DNA of 64,000 bases from an uncultured Actinoplanes sp. (GTDB lineage Bacteria > Actinomycetota > Actinomycetes > Mycobacteriales > Micromonosporaceae), in the NCBI GenBank assembly GCA_934643405.1, contig CAKUCL010000006.1:2714-66713 (forward strand), written 5' to 3'. The notes beneath the pieces are model-generated. The model had not been told where the DNA came from, ran no database searches, and saw nothing but the letters and a program-made list of their open reading frames with translations. A program made the position numbers and the translations under genes. Positions 36,958-45,795 of this stretch are shown here, in pieces (the stretch's first letter is position 1; every line of letters starts with the position of its first letter).

Positions 36958-38616
36958 ATGGGCCACCCCGCGATCCTGACCGTCGACGATGACCCTTCGG
37001 TCTCCCGGGCGATCGCCCGGGACCTGCGCCGCAAGTACGGAGAGCAGTACCGCATCCTGCGCGCCTCCTCGGCCGCCGAGGCCCTCGAGGCGCTGCGCGA
37101 GATCAAGCTTCGTGGCGCGCGCGTCGCCGTCATGCTGGCCGACTACCGGATGCCGCAGATGAACGGCATCGAGTTCCTGGAACAGGCGATGGACCTGTTC
37201 CCCCACGCGCGGCGGGCGCTGCTCACCGCGTACGCCGACACCGACGCGGCGATCCAGGCGATCAACGTGGTCGACGTGGACCACTACCTGCTCAAGCCGT
37301 GGGACCCGCCGGAGGAGAAGCTCTACCCGGTGATCGACGCGCTGCTCGACGCCTGGGAGGCGACCGGCGACCGCGAGCTGGAGGACATCCGGGTCGTCGG
37401 GCACCGGTGGAGCGAGCCGTCGTACCAGATCCGGGACTTCCTGGCGCGCAACCTGGTGCCGTACAAGTGGCTGGGCGCCGACGAGCCGGAGGGCCGCCGC
37501 CTGCTCGACGCGGCCGGCATGGGTCCCGAGTCGATCCCGCTGGTGGTGACCGCGGACGGGCGGGCGCTGGCGCACCCGACCACCACCGAGGTGGCCGAGG
37601 CGGCCGGGTTGTCCACCGCGCCCGGCCGCGACTTCTACGACCTGATCATCGTGGGCGGCGGCCCGGCCGGGCTCGGCGCCGCGGTCTACGGCGCCTCCGA
37701 GGGGCTCAGGACGCTGCTGGTCGAGCGCACCGCGGTGGGCGGCCAGGCCGGGCAGAGCTCGCGCATCGAGAACTACCTGGGCTTCCCCGACGGCATCTCC
37801 GGCGCGCAGCTGACCGACCGGGCCCGCCGCCAGGCCGGCAAGTTCTCCGCCGAGGTGCTCAACACCCGCGAGGTGACCGGGCTGCGGCCGGACGGCTCGG
37901 CCCGCACGCTGACGTTCGCCGACGGCGGGGAGGTGTCCGCGCACGCCGTGGTGCTCGCGACCGGCGTCGCGTACCGCCCGCTGGCGGCGGAGGGCGTCGC
38001 CGAGCTGACCGGCTCGGGCGTCTACTACGGCTCGGCGGCGACCGAGGGGCCGGCCTGCGCGGGCGCGGACGTCTACATCGTCGGCGGCGCGAACTCCGCC
38101 GGGCAGGCCGCGCTGTTCTTCTCCCGCTACGCCAAATCGGTCACTCTGCTCGTACGGGGCGACGCGCTCGAATCGTCGATGTCGTACTACCTGATCCAGC
38201 AGCTGAACAGGACTTCGAACATCAACGTCCGCACCCGGTGCGAGGTGATCCGCGCGCAGGGCGACGGGCACCTGCAGGCCATCACCATCTGCGACAGCAA
38301 GAACAACCACGAGGTCACGGTCGAGTGCGGGGCACTGTTCGTGTTCATCGGCGCCGAACCCCGTACGGACTGGTTGGGAGACGCCGTGGCCCGCGACGAA
38401 CGCGGCTTCGTCTACACCGGGCCCGATCTTCTGTTGAACGGATCACGTCCGAAGGGATGGGATCGGGAGCGCGATCCGTTCTACCTGGAGTGCAGTGTTC
38501 CCGGCATCTTCGCCGCCGGCGACGTCCGGGCCAACTCGGTCAAACGGGTGGCCTCGGCGGTCGGCGAGGGCGCGATGGCCGTCACGCTGGTCCATCGTTA
38601 CCTGGAGGGGCAGTAA
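36958..38616 (+). CDS. Response-regulator receiver fused to a Cys-less Grx-like linker and a thioredoxin-reductase-like FAD/NAD(P) flavoprotein
   Basis: REC (TVDDDPSV..MLADYRMPQMNG..YLLKPW). FAD site IIVGGGPAGLGAAVYGASEG, NAD(P) site VYIVGGANSAGQAALFF, GIFAAGDVR. No CxxC is present at the TrxR redox-site position. Confidence 0.85.
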   Translation: MGHPAILTVDDDPSVSRAIARDLRRKYGEQYRILRASSAAEALEALREIKLRGARVAVMLADYRMPQMNGIEFLEQAMDLFPHARRALLTAYADTDAAIQAINVVDVDHYLLKPWDPPEEKLYPVIDALLDAWEATGDRELEDIRVVGHRWSEPSYQIRDFLARNLVPYKWLGADEPEGRRLLDAAGMGPESIPLVVTADGRALAHPTTTEVAEAAGLSTAPGRDFYDLIIVGGGPAGLGAAVYGASEGLRTLLVERTAVGGQAGQSSRIENYLGFPDGISGAQLTDRARRQAGKFSAEVLNTREVTGLRPDGSARTLTFADGGEVSAHAVVLATGVAYRPLAAEGVAELTGSGVYYGSAATEGPACAGADVYIVGGANSAGQAALFFSRYAKSVTLLVRGDALESSMSYYLIQQLNRTSNINVRTRCEVIRAQGDGHLQAITICDSKNNHEVTVECGALFVFIGAEPRTDWLGDAVARDERGFVYTGPDLLLNGSRPKGWDRERDPFYLECSVPGIFAAGDVRANSVKRVASAVGEGAMAVTLVHRYLEGQ

Positions 38617-38619
38617 CCC

Positions 38620-40086
38620 ATGAGTGACACCGACGAGGTCCGGCTCGTTCCCTGCGAACCCGGCCGGTTGAAACCCGACGAGCTGCGCACACTGTTCCTG
38701 TTCGAGAAGCTGACCGATGAGCAGCTTCAGTGGATCTCCGAGCACGGCTGCACCATGCACATGCCGGCCGGTGGCATGGTGGTCCGCGAGGGTGATCCCG
38801 CGGAGCAGTTCTTCGTCCTGCTCAGCGGCACCATCGCGCTGTACCGCCGGGTCGGCCAGGACGACGTCCAGACCACCCGCACCGAGCAGCGCGGCGTGTA
38901 CATGGGCGCCACCCAGGCATATCTGCGCGACGACGGCGTCCCGCGCAGCTACATGGCCAGCATGCGGGCGCTCGACGACTCCGACTTCTTCGTGCTCTCC
39001 GCCGCGGACTTCGGCCACCTCATGCGCGAGTGGTTCCCGATGGCGATCCACCTGCTCGAGGGCCTCACCCTCGGGATGCGGGACCGGGCCGCGGCCATCA
39101 ACACCCGGCAGCGGCTCGCCGCGCTCGGCGCCCTGTCCGCAGGCCTCATGCACGAGCTGAACAACCCGGCCGCGGCCGCCTCCCGGGCCACCGCCTCGCT
39201 GCGCCAGCGGGTCGCCGGCATGCGCCACAAGCTGGGCATGCTCGCCGCCGGCAAGGTGCCGCCGGACCGTCTGGTGGCGCTGGTCGAGCTCCAGGAGGAG
39301 GTCATCGAGCGGGCCGCGAAGGCCGCGCCGCTGACCGCCATGGAGACCGCCGACCGCGAGGACGAGCTCGGCGAGTGGATGGAGGAGCGCAACGTCACCG
39401 GCGGCTGGGACCTGGCCGCGGTCTTCGCCCAGGGCGGACTCGACCTGGAGTGCCTCAACCAGATCGAGACCAAGGTCGGCTCCCCCGAACTGCTCGACCA
39501 GGCGATCCACTGGATCGGCTACGCGCTGGAGACCGAGCAGCTGATGAGCGACATCGAGGACGCCACCGGCCGGGTGTCGTCGCTGGTGAGCGCGGCCAAG
39601 CAGTACTCGCAGATGGACCGCGCCGCGCACCAGTGGATCGACGTGCACGGCGGTCTGGACAGCACGCTGGTGATGCTGACCCACAAGATCGGCAGCGGGG
39701 TCAAGGTGGTCAAGGAGTACGACCGGTCGCTGCCGCAGATCCCGGCCCACCCGGCCGAGCTGAACCAGGTCTGGACGAACCTCATCGACAACGCGGTGCA
39801 GGCGATGAACGGCGTGGGCACGCTGACCATCCGCACGTCCCGCGACGACGACAACGTGGTGGTCACCATCGAGGACACCGGGCCGGGCATCCCGCCGGAG
39901 CTGAAGAAGCGCGTCTTCGAGCCGTTCTTCACCACCAAGCCGGTGGGCGAGGGGACCGGCCTGGGTCTGGACATCTCCTACCGGATCGTGGTCAACGGCC
40001 ACGGCGGCGACATCTCCGTGGAGTCGACGCCGGGTGACACCAGGTTCAAGGTGTCGCTGCCGTTGTCGGAGCCGGCTTCGGCCTAG
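38620..40086 (+). CDS. Soluble cyclic-nucleotide-binding-domain histidine kinase
   Basis: N-terminal cNMP-binding-like beta-barrel (LFEKLTDEQL...VVREGDPAEQFFVLLSG...PRSYMASMRAL). H-box HELNNPAAA. N/G boxes NLIDNAVQAM, DTGPGIPPE, GTGLGLDIS. No TM segments. Confidence 0.85.
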   Translation: MSDTDEVRLVPCEPGRLKPDELRTLFLFEKLTDEQLQWISEHGCTMHMPAGGMVVREGDPAEQFFVLLSGTIALYRRVGQDDVQTTRTEQRGVYMGATQAYLRDDGVPRSYMASMRALDDSDFFVLSAADFGHLMREWFPMAIHLLEGLTLGMRDRAAAINTRQRLAALGALSAGLMHELNNPAAAASRATASLRQRVAGMRHKLGMLAAGKVPPDRLVALVELQEEVIERAAKAAPLTAMETADREDELGEWMEERNVTGGWDLAAVFAQGGLDLECLNQIETKVGSPELLDQAIHWIGYALETEQLMSDIEDATGRVSSLVSAAKQYSQMDRAAHQWIDVHGGLDSTLVMLTHKIGSGVKVVKEYDRSLPQIPAHPAELNQVWTNLIDNAVQAMNGVGTLTIRTSRDDDNVVVTIEDTGPGIPPELKKRVFEPFFTTKPVGEGTGLGLDISYRIVVNGHGGDISVESTPGDTRFKVSLPLSEPASA

Positions 40087-41092
40087 GGTCTGGCGACCGG
40101 GATCCCGGTGGTGCGGAGGCGAAGATGTTCAGCCCGAGGCTCCGGGAGAGGAAGGCGGCGGCGCGCTGCCCGCGGATGCTGTTGCCGGCCGGGTCGAGCA
40201 GCGGTGAATAGCTGCCGATCCCGGCCTTGCCGGGCGAGATCGTCACGAGGCCGCCCGCGACCCCCGACTTGCCCGGCAGCCCGATCTCGTACAGCCACTC
40301 CCCGGATCGCTCGTAGAGGCCGCTCGCGGCGAGCATCGCCAGCGTGTCGCGGGCGACCTCGGCCGAGACGACCCGCTCCCGTGTCACCGGGTTGACGCCG
40401 CCGTCGGCGAGCGTCGCTCCCATCACGGCGAGGTCGTGCGCGGTCACCAGCAGGGAGCACTGCCTGGTGTAGACATCGACCAGGCCGAGCGGATCGAGGG
40501 AGATTCGCCCGTAGCTCTCCAGCAGCCGGGCGATCGCGTGGTTGCGCTGGTTGGTCCGGGCCTCCGACCGGCGGACCACGTCATCCACCTCGAGGTCGTG
40601 CCCGGCGAACCGGGACAGCCCGGCGGCGAGGTATTTCCACTGCTCGTCGAAGGTGCTGCCGGGGATCAGCGCGGTCGTCGCCAGCGCGCCCGCGTTCACC
40701 ATGGGGTTCATGGGATGCCCGGCGTTGATCTCGATGGCCATCACCGAGTCGAAGGCCAGGCCGGTGTTGTTCACCCCGACGCGATCGAGTACCGCGTCGT
40801 GCCCGATCGCGTCGCACACCAGCGCGAAGACGAAAGCCTTCGAGATGGACTGGATCGAGAAACGCACCTCGGCGTCGCCGGCATCGTGGACGCCGCCGCC
40901 GACCTCGACCACCGCGAGCCCGAACGATGCCGGATCGGCCTCGGCGAGCACCGGGATGTAGTCGGCCACCGCGCCGCCGCCCACCAGGCGGTTGCGTTCG
41001 TACGCCGCCTGCGTCAGCGCCTCGACGTCCGCCCACGGGGGAAGCCGTCCGGTGGACACCTGCTGGTCAGCGTCGTTGACCTGGAATCCCAT
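40046..41092 (-). CDS. glsA: Glutaminase A
   Basis: Serine-beta-lactamase-like glutaminase signature (SIQSISKAFVF, NPMVNAGA, GKSGVAGG). Its 3' end overlaps the convergent kinase gene by 41 nt. Confidence 0.9.
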   Translation of the reverse strand: MGFQVNDADQQVSTGRLPPWADVEALTQAAYERNRLVGGGAVADYIPVLAEADPASFGLAVVEVGGGVHDAGDAEVRFSIQSISKAFVFALVCDAIGHDAVLDRVGVNNTGLAFDSVMAIEINAGHPMNPMVNAGALATTALIPGSTFDEQWKYLAAGLSRFAGHDLEVDDVVRRSEARTNQRNHAIARLLESYGRISLDPLGLVDVYTRQCSLLVTAHDLAVMGATLADGGVNPVTRERVVSAEVARDTLAMLAASGLYERSGEWLYEIGLPGKSGVAGGLVTISPGKAGIGSYSPLLDPAGNSIRGQRAAAFLSRSLGLNIFASAPPGSRSPDPRPKPAPTTAATP

Positions 41093-41208
41093 CGGATACC
41101 CCGGCTCGCCCGGATCGCCCCATGCCGGACGATCACCTGGGGCTCAGCCTAGGCACGTCGGCGGCAGCGCGGATCCCGCGCAGAGGATGAGACCGCACGG
41201 GGCTCGGC

Positions 41209-42072
41209 CTAGTTCTCGGCCACCGCGAGCCGGCCGTTGCGCTGGCTGCTCCGCACCCCCGAGGGCATGTCCAGCGCGGCGGCGGTGGTGAGCAGGTCGT
41301 TGTCGGCGCGCACGGTGAAGCCGTGGCGGGCGAGCAGGCCGGCCATCTCCTCGGGGCTCCAGGCCGAGCGCCAGGGCTCGGCCGCCCACGGGTTGTGCTT
41401 GAGGACCGGCCCGAGCAGCCGCCGCACGACCGCGCCGGTCACCGAGGGCGCCTGGTAGTTCACGATCAGCCGGCTGTGCGGGGCCGAGCGCGCGGCGACC
41501 TCGGCGACCGTGGTCTCGACCTCGTCCGGCGTCAGATACGGCACGACGCCCTCCCAGACCCAGGTGGTCGGGATCGTCGCGTCGTGGCCGGCCTCGGCGA
41601 GCGCGTCGGACAGCTTGTCCTGGCCGAAGTCGACCGGCACGTAGCGTGGCGCTCTCTCCGCCGGCAGCGCGGTGGCGCGATCACGTTTCTCCCGCTGCGA
41701 GGCCGGTTGGTCGACCTCGAACGTCGTCTTTCCGGACAACGCCGGCAGCCGCCACGCGCGGCCGTCCAGGCCGGCCCCGAGGATCACGACCTGGGGCGCG
41801 TCGTGCTCGGTGACGGCGTCGTCGATGGCCAGCGTGCGGGGGACCAGCAACGTGGCGCCAGCTTTGATCATTTCGTACGTCATCCGCTCGCTCATGCCCT
41901 TCGGCGGCGACTCCGACCGTACGCGAAAGACCTGCTCCTGCTCGTCGGGCCGCAGCAACGGAAGCGCCGTCGGATCGGCGAACCGCCCCTTCGCGATCCG
42001 CTCATGCGCCACCGCCCGCCCCTGACAGACGATCACGGCCGTACGGCTGGCACTCTGCTCGGTCATCGCCAT
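41209..42072 (-). CDS. Class I SAM-dependent O-methyltransferase (leucine-carboxyl-MTase-like family)
   Basis: SRTAVIVCQGRA..., VVILGAGLDGRAWRL, WVWEGVVPYL are typical of the actinobacterial family. Confidence 0.8.
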   Translation of the reverse strand: MAMTEQSASRTAVIVCQGRAVAHERIAKGRFADPTALPLLRPDEQEQVFRVRSESPPKGMSERMTYEMIKAGATLLVPRTLAIDDAVTEHDAPQVVILGAGLDGRAWRLPALSGKTTFEVDQPASQREKRDRATALPAERAPRYVPVDFGQDKLSDALAEAGHDATIPTTWVWEGVVPYLTPDEVETTVAEVAARSAPHSRLIVNYQAPSVTGAVVRRLLGPVLKHNPWAAEPWRSAWSPEEMAGLLARHGFTVRADNDLLTTAAALDMPSGVRSSQRNGRLAVAEN

Positions 42073-42096
42073 CGCCTCCGGGCGGCGCCCGGCCGG

Positions 42097-42600
42097 CTAA
42101 CGGAGCAGGCCGCGCACGTACGCGGCCTGCCCCACGTGCTGGGCGTCGTCGTCGATGACGCTCACCAGCCGTACGCCCAAGGTGACCGGGGGATCCCACG
42201 CCTCGTCGACCACCCGGTCCAGGTCGTCGGCCGTCAGGCCGCGCACGTAGCGCATCGTGCGCTCGTGCACGGCGTGGTAGTAGTCCTCCAGGGCCCGCGC
42301 GCTCTCCGGCCGCAGCGTCGCGACCTGCGCGGGCGAATGACCGTACCCGGTGTCGTCCGGGTCGGCCTTGAGACCGAACCGTGCCGCCCAGGCGCCGGTG
42401 ACGTAGATCTGCTCCTCGTCGAGCAGTTCGGACAGGTGGCCGTCCTGCACCCGGGTCAGGTGCCAGACCAGCCAGCCGATCGGGTTGGCGCCGTCGGCCG
42501 GGGCCCAGCGCAGCTGCTCGGGGGAGAGGCCACGAACCGCGTGGTGCACGTTGGCGGGGAGCCGTTCGAAGCCGTCGATGAGGATGTTCTTGGCGTCCAT
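42097..42600 (-). CDS. DinB-family (mycothiol-transferase-like) protein
   Basis: 167 aa with four-helix DinB pattern (NPIGWLVWHLTRVQD ... DDAQHVGQAAYVRG). Confidence 0.8.
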   Translation of the reverse strand: MDAKNILIDGFERLPANVHHAVRGLSPEQLRWAPADGANPIGWLVWHLTRVQDGHLSELLDEEQIYVTGAWAARFGLKADPDDTGYGHSPAQVATLRPESARALEDYYHAVHERTMRYVRGLTADDLDRVVDEAWDPPVTLGVRLVSVIDDDAQHVGQAAYVRGLLR

Positions 42601-42609
42601 GCCTCGTGT

Positions 42610-43371
42610 CTACTCCGATCCGGTGCCGGACGGGGCCTGGGCGCCCCGAGTAGGCGGAACCTCCTCGAGGCCGGAACCGCCGTCGCCGCTGGTGTCCCCG
42701 CCGGTGTCGCCTTCGGTAGCCGGCGGCGTCGTCTGCTCCGGAGCCTCGCTCGGGGTCTCCGACGTCGGGGCCTCGGTCGGTTCGGTGGTGCTGGACGGGC
42801 TCGGCGACTCCGACGGCGTCGCGCCCGGTTCCTCACTCGGCTCCTCCGACGGCGATGGCGAGTCCGACGGCGTGACGGCCGGCTTGTCGTTCTTCTTCTC
42901 GCCGTCGCCACGCAACAGGCTGCCCACCGTCGTGGTGCCGCTGCTCCTGTTGCCGACAGCGTCCGCCACCGACTTGTGCGAGATCAGCTCGACGGCCGTC
43001 AGCAAGCCCATCGCCAGCACGAACAGGGCCCCGGCCACGGCTGCGACCCGGCCCCAGCGGATGTTGCGCGGAGGGGCCGGCGGTTCGTCCGACGGCGACT
43101 CCTCCTCGGCGGCCGCGACCGGTGGCGTACCCACCGCGGCCGGCGCCGTCACGAACGTCGATTTGATCTTCTGGCTGCCTCGGTTGATCCAGCGCTGGTA
43201 GATCTCCGTGCCGACGGATCCGACGATGCTTGCCACCGCCGCGCCGACCAGGGTGCCCGCCACTCCGAGGAAGGAACCGACCACCGCGGCCGACACCGCG
43301 GCGAGGGTTCCAGCAATGGTCTTGGGGATGTCGATACCGGACCAGATCCGCTCCGGTGCGCGCTCGGTCAT
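42610..43371 (-). CDS. Membrane protein with a Pro/Ser/Glu/Thr-rich low-complexity tail
   Basis: Two or three TM helices, then a PSDSPSPSEEPSEEPGATPSESPSPSS tail. Good GC3. Confidence 0.55.
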   Translation of the reverse strand: MTERAPERIWSGIDIPKTIAGTLAAVSAAVVGSFLGVAGTLVGAAVASIVGSVGTEIYQRWINRGSQKIKSTFVTAPAAVGTPPVAAAEEESPSDEPPAPPRNIRWGRVAAVAGALFVLAMGLLTAVELISHKSVADAVGNRSSGTTTVGSLLRGDGEKKNDKPAVTPSDSPSPSEEPSEEPGATPSESPSPSSTTEPTEAPTSETPSEAPEQTTPPATEGDTGGDTSGDGGSGLEEVPPTRGAQAPSGTGSE

Positions 43372-43405
43372 GTCCTCCTCTGCCTCTTACCAATAGAAGG
43401 GGGAG

Positions 43406-44779
43406 TTACTTGGCCTTTACCGGCCTCCGGCGGGTCAAAACCCGCCGTTCCGCGAGGATCTCCCGGACGGGACGCACCACGACGCCCTCGTCGGCCATCC
43501 GCCGCCGGGCCTGCCTGCGGGTTCGCAAGATCCCGGCAACTCCGACGGCGAAGATGAGATATTGCACAGCCATCGCGATTTTGAAGTCGTGGATGTCGTA
43601 GTCCGAACGACCGCCGGTGCGCGCGTCCAGGATCAGGCCGATCAGCTCGATCGTGACCAGCGAGGCGACGAAGCCCCCCACGTTGACCACACCGGTGGCG
43701 GTGCCCAGCCGGTTCGGCGGGTTGAACGTCCGCGCGTAGTCGAAGCCGATCATCGAGCCCGGTCCGCCGATGCCGAGCGCGCAGATCAGCACCACCAGCA
43801 CCGGCAGCGGCGCGTGCCCCGGCCAGGCCAGCACCAGGCCCCAGGCGGCCGCGTTGGCGCCGACCACGCCGAGCACCAGCCACGACCGGCGCAGCGGATG
43901 CCGCTGCACCAGCACCCCGATCAGCGGACCGGCTGCCATGCCGATCAGCACGAACAGGGTGAGCAGGGCGCTCGCCGTGCGCCGGGGCAGTCCCTCGCCC
44001 GCGATCAGGAACGGGAATCCCCACATCAGCGCGAAGACCGTACCGGTGAACTGGGTGGTGAAATGCGACCAGAGGCCGAGGCGGGTGCCGGGATGCCGCC
44101 AGGCGCCCGCGAGATCGGTGCCCACCTGGCGCAGGGTGACCGGCGGCCCGCTGCTGATCCGGTGCTCCGGGGTGTCGCGCAGCGCGGCGAAGGCGGCCAC
44201 CGCCACGAAGACGCCGACCCCCGCGGTGGCGAGGAAGGCGCTGGTCCAGCCGCGTGCGGCGAGAACGGCGGCCAGCGGTACGGCGCTGAGCACCTGCCCG
44301 GCCTGCCCGACCAGCCCGGTGAGCTGCGTCAGGATCGGCACGCGCCGGCCCGGGAACCACTGCGGCACCAGTCTCAGCACGCTGATGAACGTCATCGCGT
44401 CCCCGGCGCCGACCAGCACACGGGCCAGGACCGCACCCTCCACGCCGGTCGCGACGGCCATCAACGCCTGCCCGCTCGCCATGATCAGGCCACCGGCGAC
44501 GATCAGGCGCAGCGAACCGAACCGGTCCAGCAGCAGCCCGACCGGCACCTGAAGGCCCGCGTAGACGAGCAGCTGGAGCACGGCGAACGAGGCGAGCGCG
44601 CCCGCGCCGACGTGGAAACGATCCTGGGCGTCCAGCCCGGCGACACCGAGCGACGTGCGGTGCAGAACGGCGGTCGTGTACGCGGCGAGGCCGACGGCCC
44701 ATACCGCCCAGGCCCGGGCTCCGGGTCGCAGGGCCATGTGCCGCCTTTCCGCTCGCGTGCTCGCTAGGACGTTTTCCAC
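43406..44779 (-). CDS. MFS transporter
   Basis: 12-14 TM profile (GLLLDRFG motif). The start may be the internal ATG (MALRPG). Confidence 0.85.
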   Translation of the reverse strand: MENVLASTRAERRHMALRPGARAWAVWAVGLAAYTTAVLHRTSLGVAGLDAQDRFHVGAGALASFAVLQLLVYAGLQVPVGLLLDRFGSLRLIVAGGLIMASGQALMAVATGVEGAVLARVLVGAGDAMTFISVLRLVPQWFPGRRVPILTQLTGLVGQAGQVLSAVPLAAVLAARGWTSAFLATAGVGVFVAVAAFAALRDTPEHRISSGPPVTLRQVGTDLAGAWRHPGTRLGLWSHFTTQFTGTVFALMWGFPFLIAGEGLPRRTASALLTLFVLIGMAAGPLIGVLVQRHPLRRSWLVLGVVGANAAAWGLVLAWPGHAPLPVLVVLICALGIGGPGSMIGFDYARTFNPPNRLGTATGVVNVGGFVASLVTIELIGLILDARTGGRSDYDIHDFKIAMAVQYLIFAVGVAGILRTRRQARRRMADEGVVVRPVREILAERRVLTRRRPVKAK

Positions 44780-44883
44780 CTTTCTCCGAAGAAGGTGAAG
44801 GTCACAACCGAATACGGCCTACGCCACACGTGCGTCCGGTCACTGTGCGATTCCTTCCGTACACTCCGAGGGTCTGCAGAGGT

Positions 44884-45786
44884 ATGGAAACCGGGATGCT
44901 GATCGACGCCTTCGAGCGCGAACGCCGCGGCCTGCTCGCCCACGCGTACCGCATGCTCGGCTCGCATCACGAGGCCGAGGACGCGGTGCAGGACACCTAC
45001 GTGCGGGCCCAGCGTGGGTGGGACAAATTCCAAGAGCGCTCCTCGGTACGGACGTGGCTGTACCGCATAGCCACCAACACCTGCCTGACCGCCCTCGACG
45101 GCCGCGGCCGCCGCGCGCTGCCGTCCGGCCTCGGCCCGCCGAGCAGCGACCCGGCCGAGCCGCCGTCCCCGCTCGGCCCCGAGGCGTGGATCTCCCCGCT
45201 GCCGTCGGACCCGGCCGAGGTGGTGACGGCCCGCGAGGGGGTACGGCTGGCGTTCGTGGCCGGCCTGCAGCACCTGCCGCCCCGGCAGCGTGCCGTGCTG
45301 CTGCTGCGCGAGGTGCTGGCGTTCTCCGCCGCCGAGACCGGTGCGATGCTCGGGCTGTCCGTGCCGGCCGTGAAAAGCGCGTTGCAGCGGGCGCGCGCCC
45401 GCCTCGACGAGGTGGCCCCGGCCCGCGACGACGTCCTGGAACCCACCGACCCGCGGGCACGCTCCCAGCTGGACCGCTACATGGCCGCCTGGGAGGCCGC
45501 CGACGCCGACGCGTTCAGCCGCCTGCTGCGCGACGACGCCGCGATCGAGCCGGTGGGTTCGCGGGTGTGGTTCGCCGGCCGCGCCACGTGCCTGGCCTTC
45601 GCCACCCCGTCGATGGGCGCGCCGGGCGACTGGCGGATGGTCCCCGCCGTGGTCAACGACCAGCCCGCGGCGGCCGCCTGGTGGCACGGCACCCCGTTCG
45701 GCCTGGCCGTCCTGACCCCGACCGCCACCGGCGTCGCAGCGGTGACACTGTTCCCCGACCCGGAGCTGACCAAGCCGTACGGCTGA
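44884..45786 (+). CDS. ECF sigma factor with C-terminal SnoaL-like extension (SigJ/ECF41-like)
   Basis: Region 2 (EDAVQDTYVRAQRGW..WLYRIATNTCL), region 4 (LPPRQRAVLLLREVLAFSAAETGAMLGLSVPAVKSALQRAR) and a ~120-aa C-terminal domain. No adjacent anti-sigma gene. Confidence 0.85.
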   Translation: METGMLIDAFERERRGLLAHAYRMLGSHHEAEDAVQDTYVRAQRGWDKFQERSSVRTWLYRIATNTCLTALDGRGRRALPSGLGPPSSDPAEPPSPLGPEAWISPLPSDPAEVVTAREGVRLAFVAGLQHLPPRQRAVLLLREVLAFSAAETGAMLGLSVPAVKSALQRARARLDEVAPARDDVLEPTDPRARSQLDRYMAAWEAADADAFSRLLRDDAAIEPVGSRVWFAGRATCLAFATPSMGAPGDWRMVPAVVNDQPAAAAWWHGTPFGLAVLTPTATGVAAVTLFPDPELTKPYG

Positions 45787-45795
45787 CCCCGCGGC

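Noticed and set aside
41093-41208. 15-nt direct repeat GGGGCTC(A/G)GCCTAG flanking a small GCGCGG-atc-CCGCGC hairpin between glsA and the methyltransferase gene
   Set aside because: There are only two short copies and a 6-bp stem. That is too little to call a mobile-element footprint or a regulatory site.
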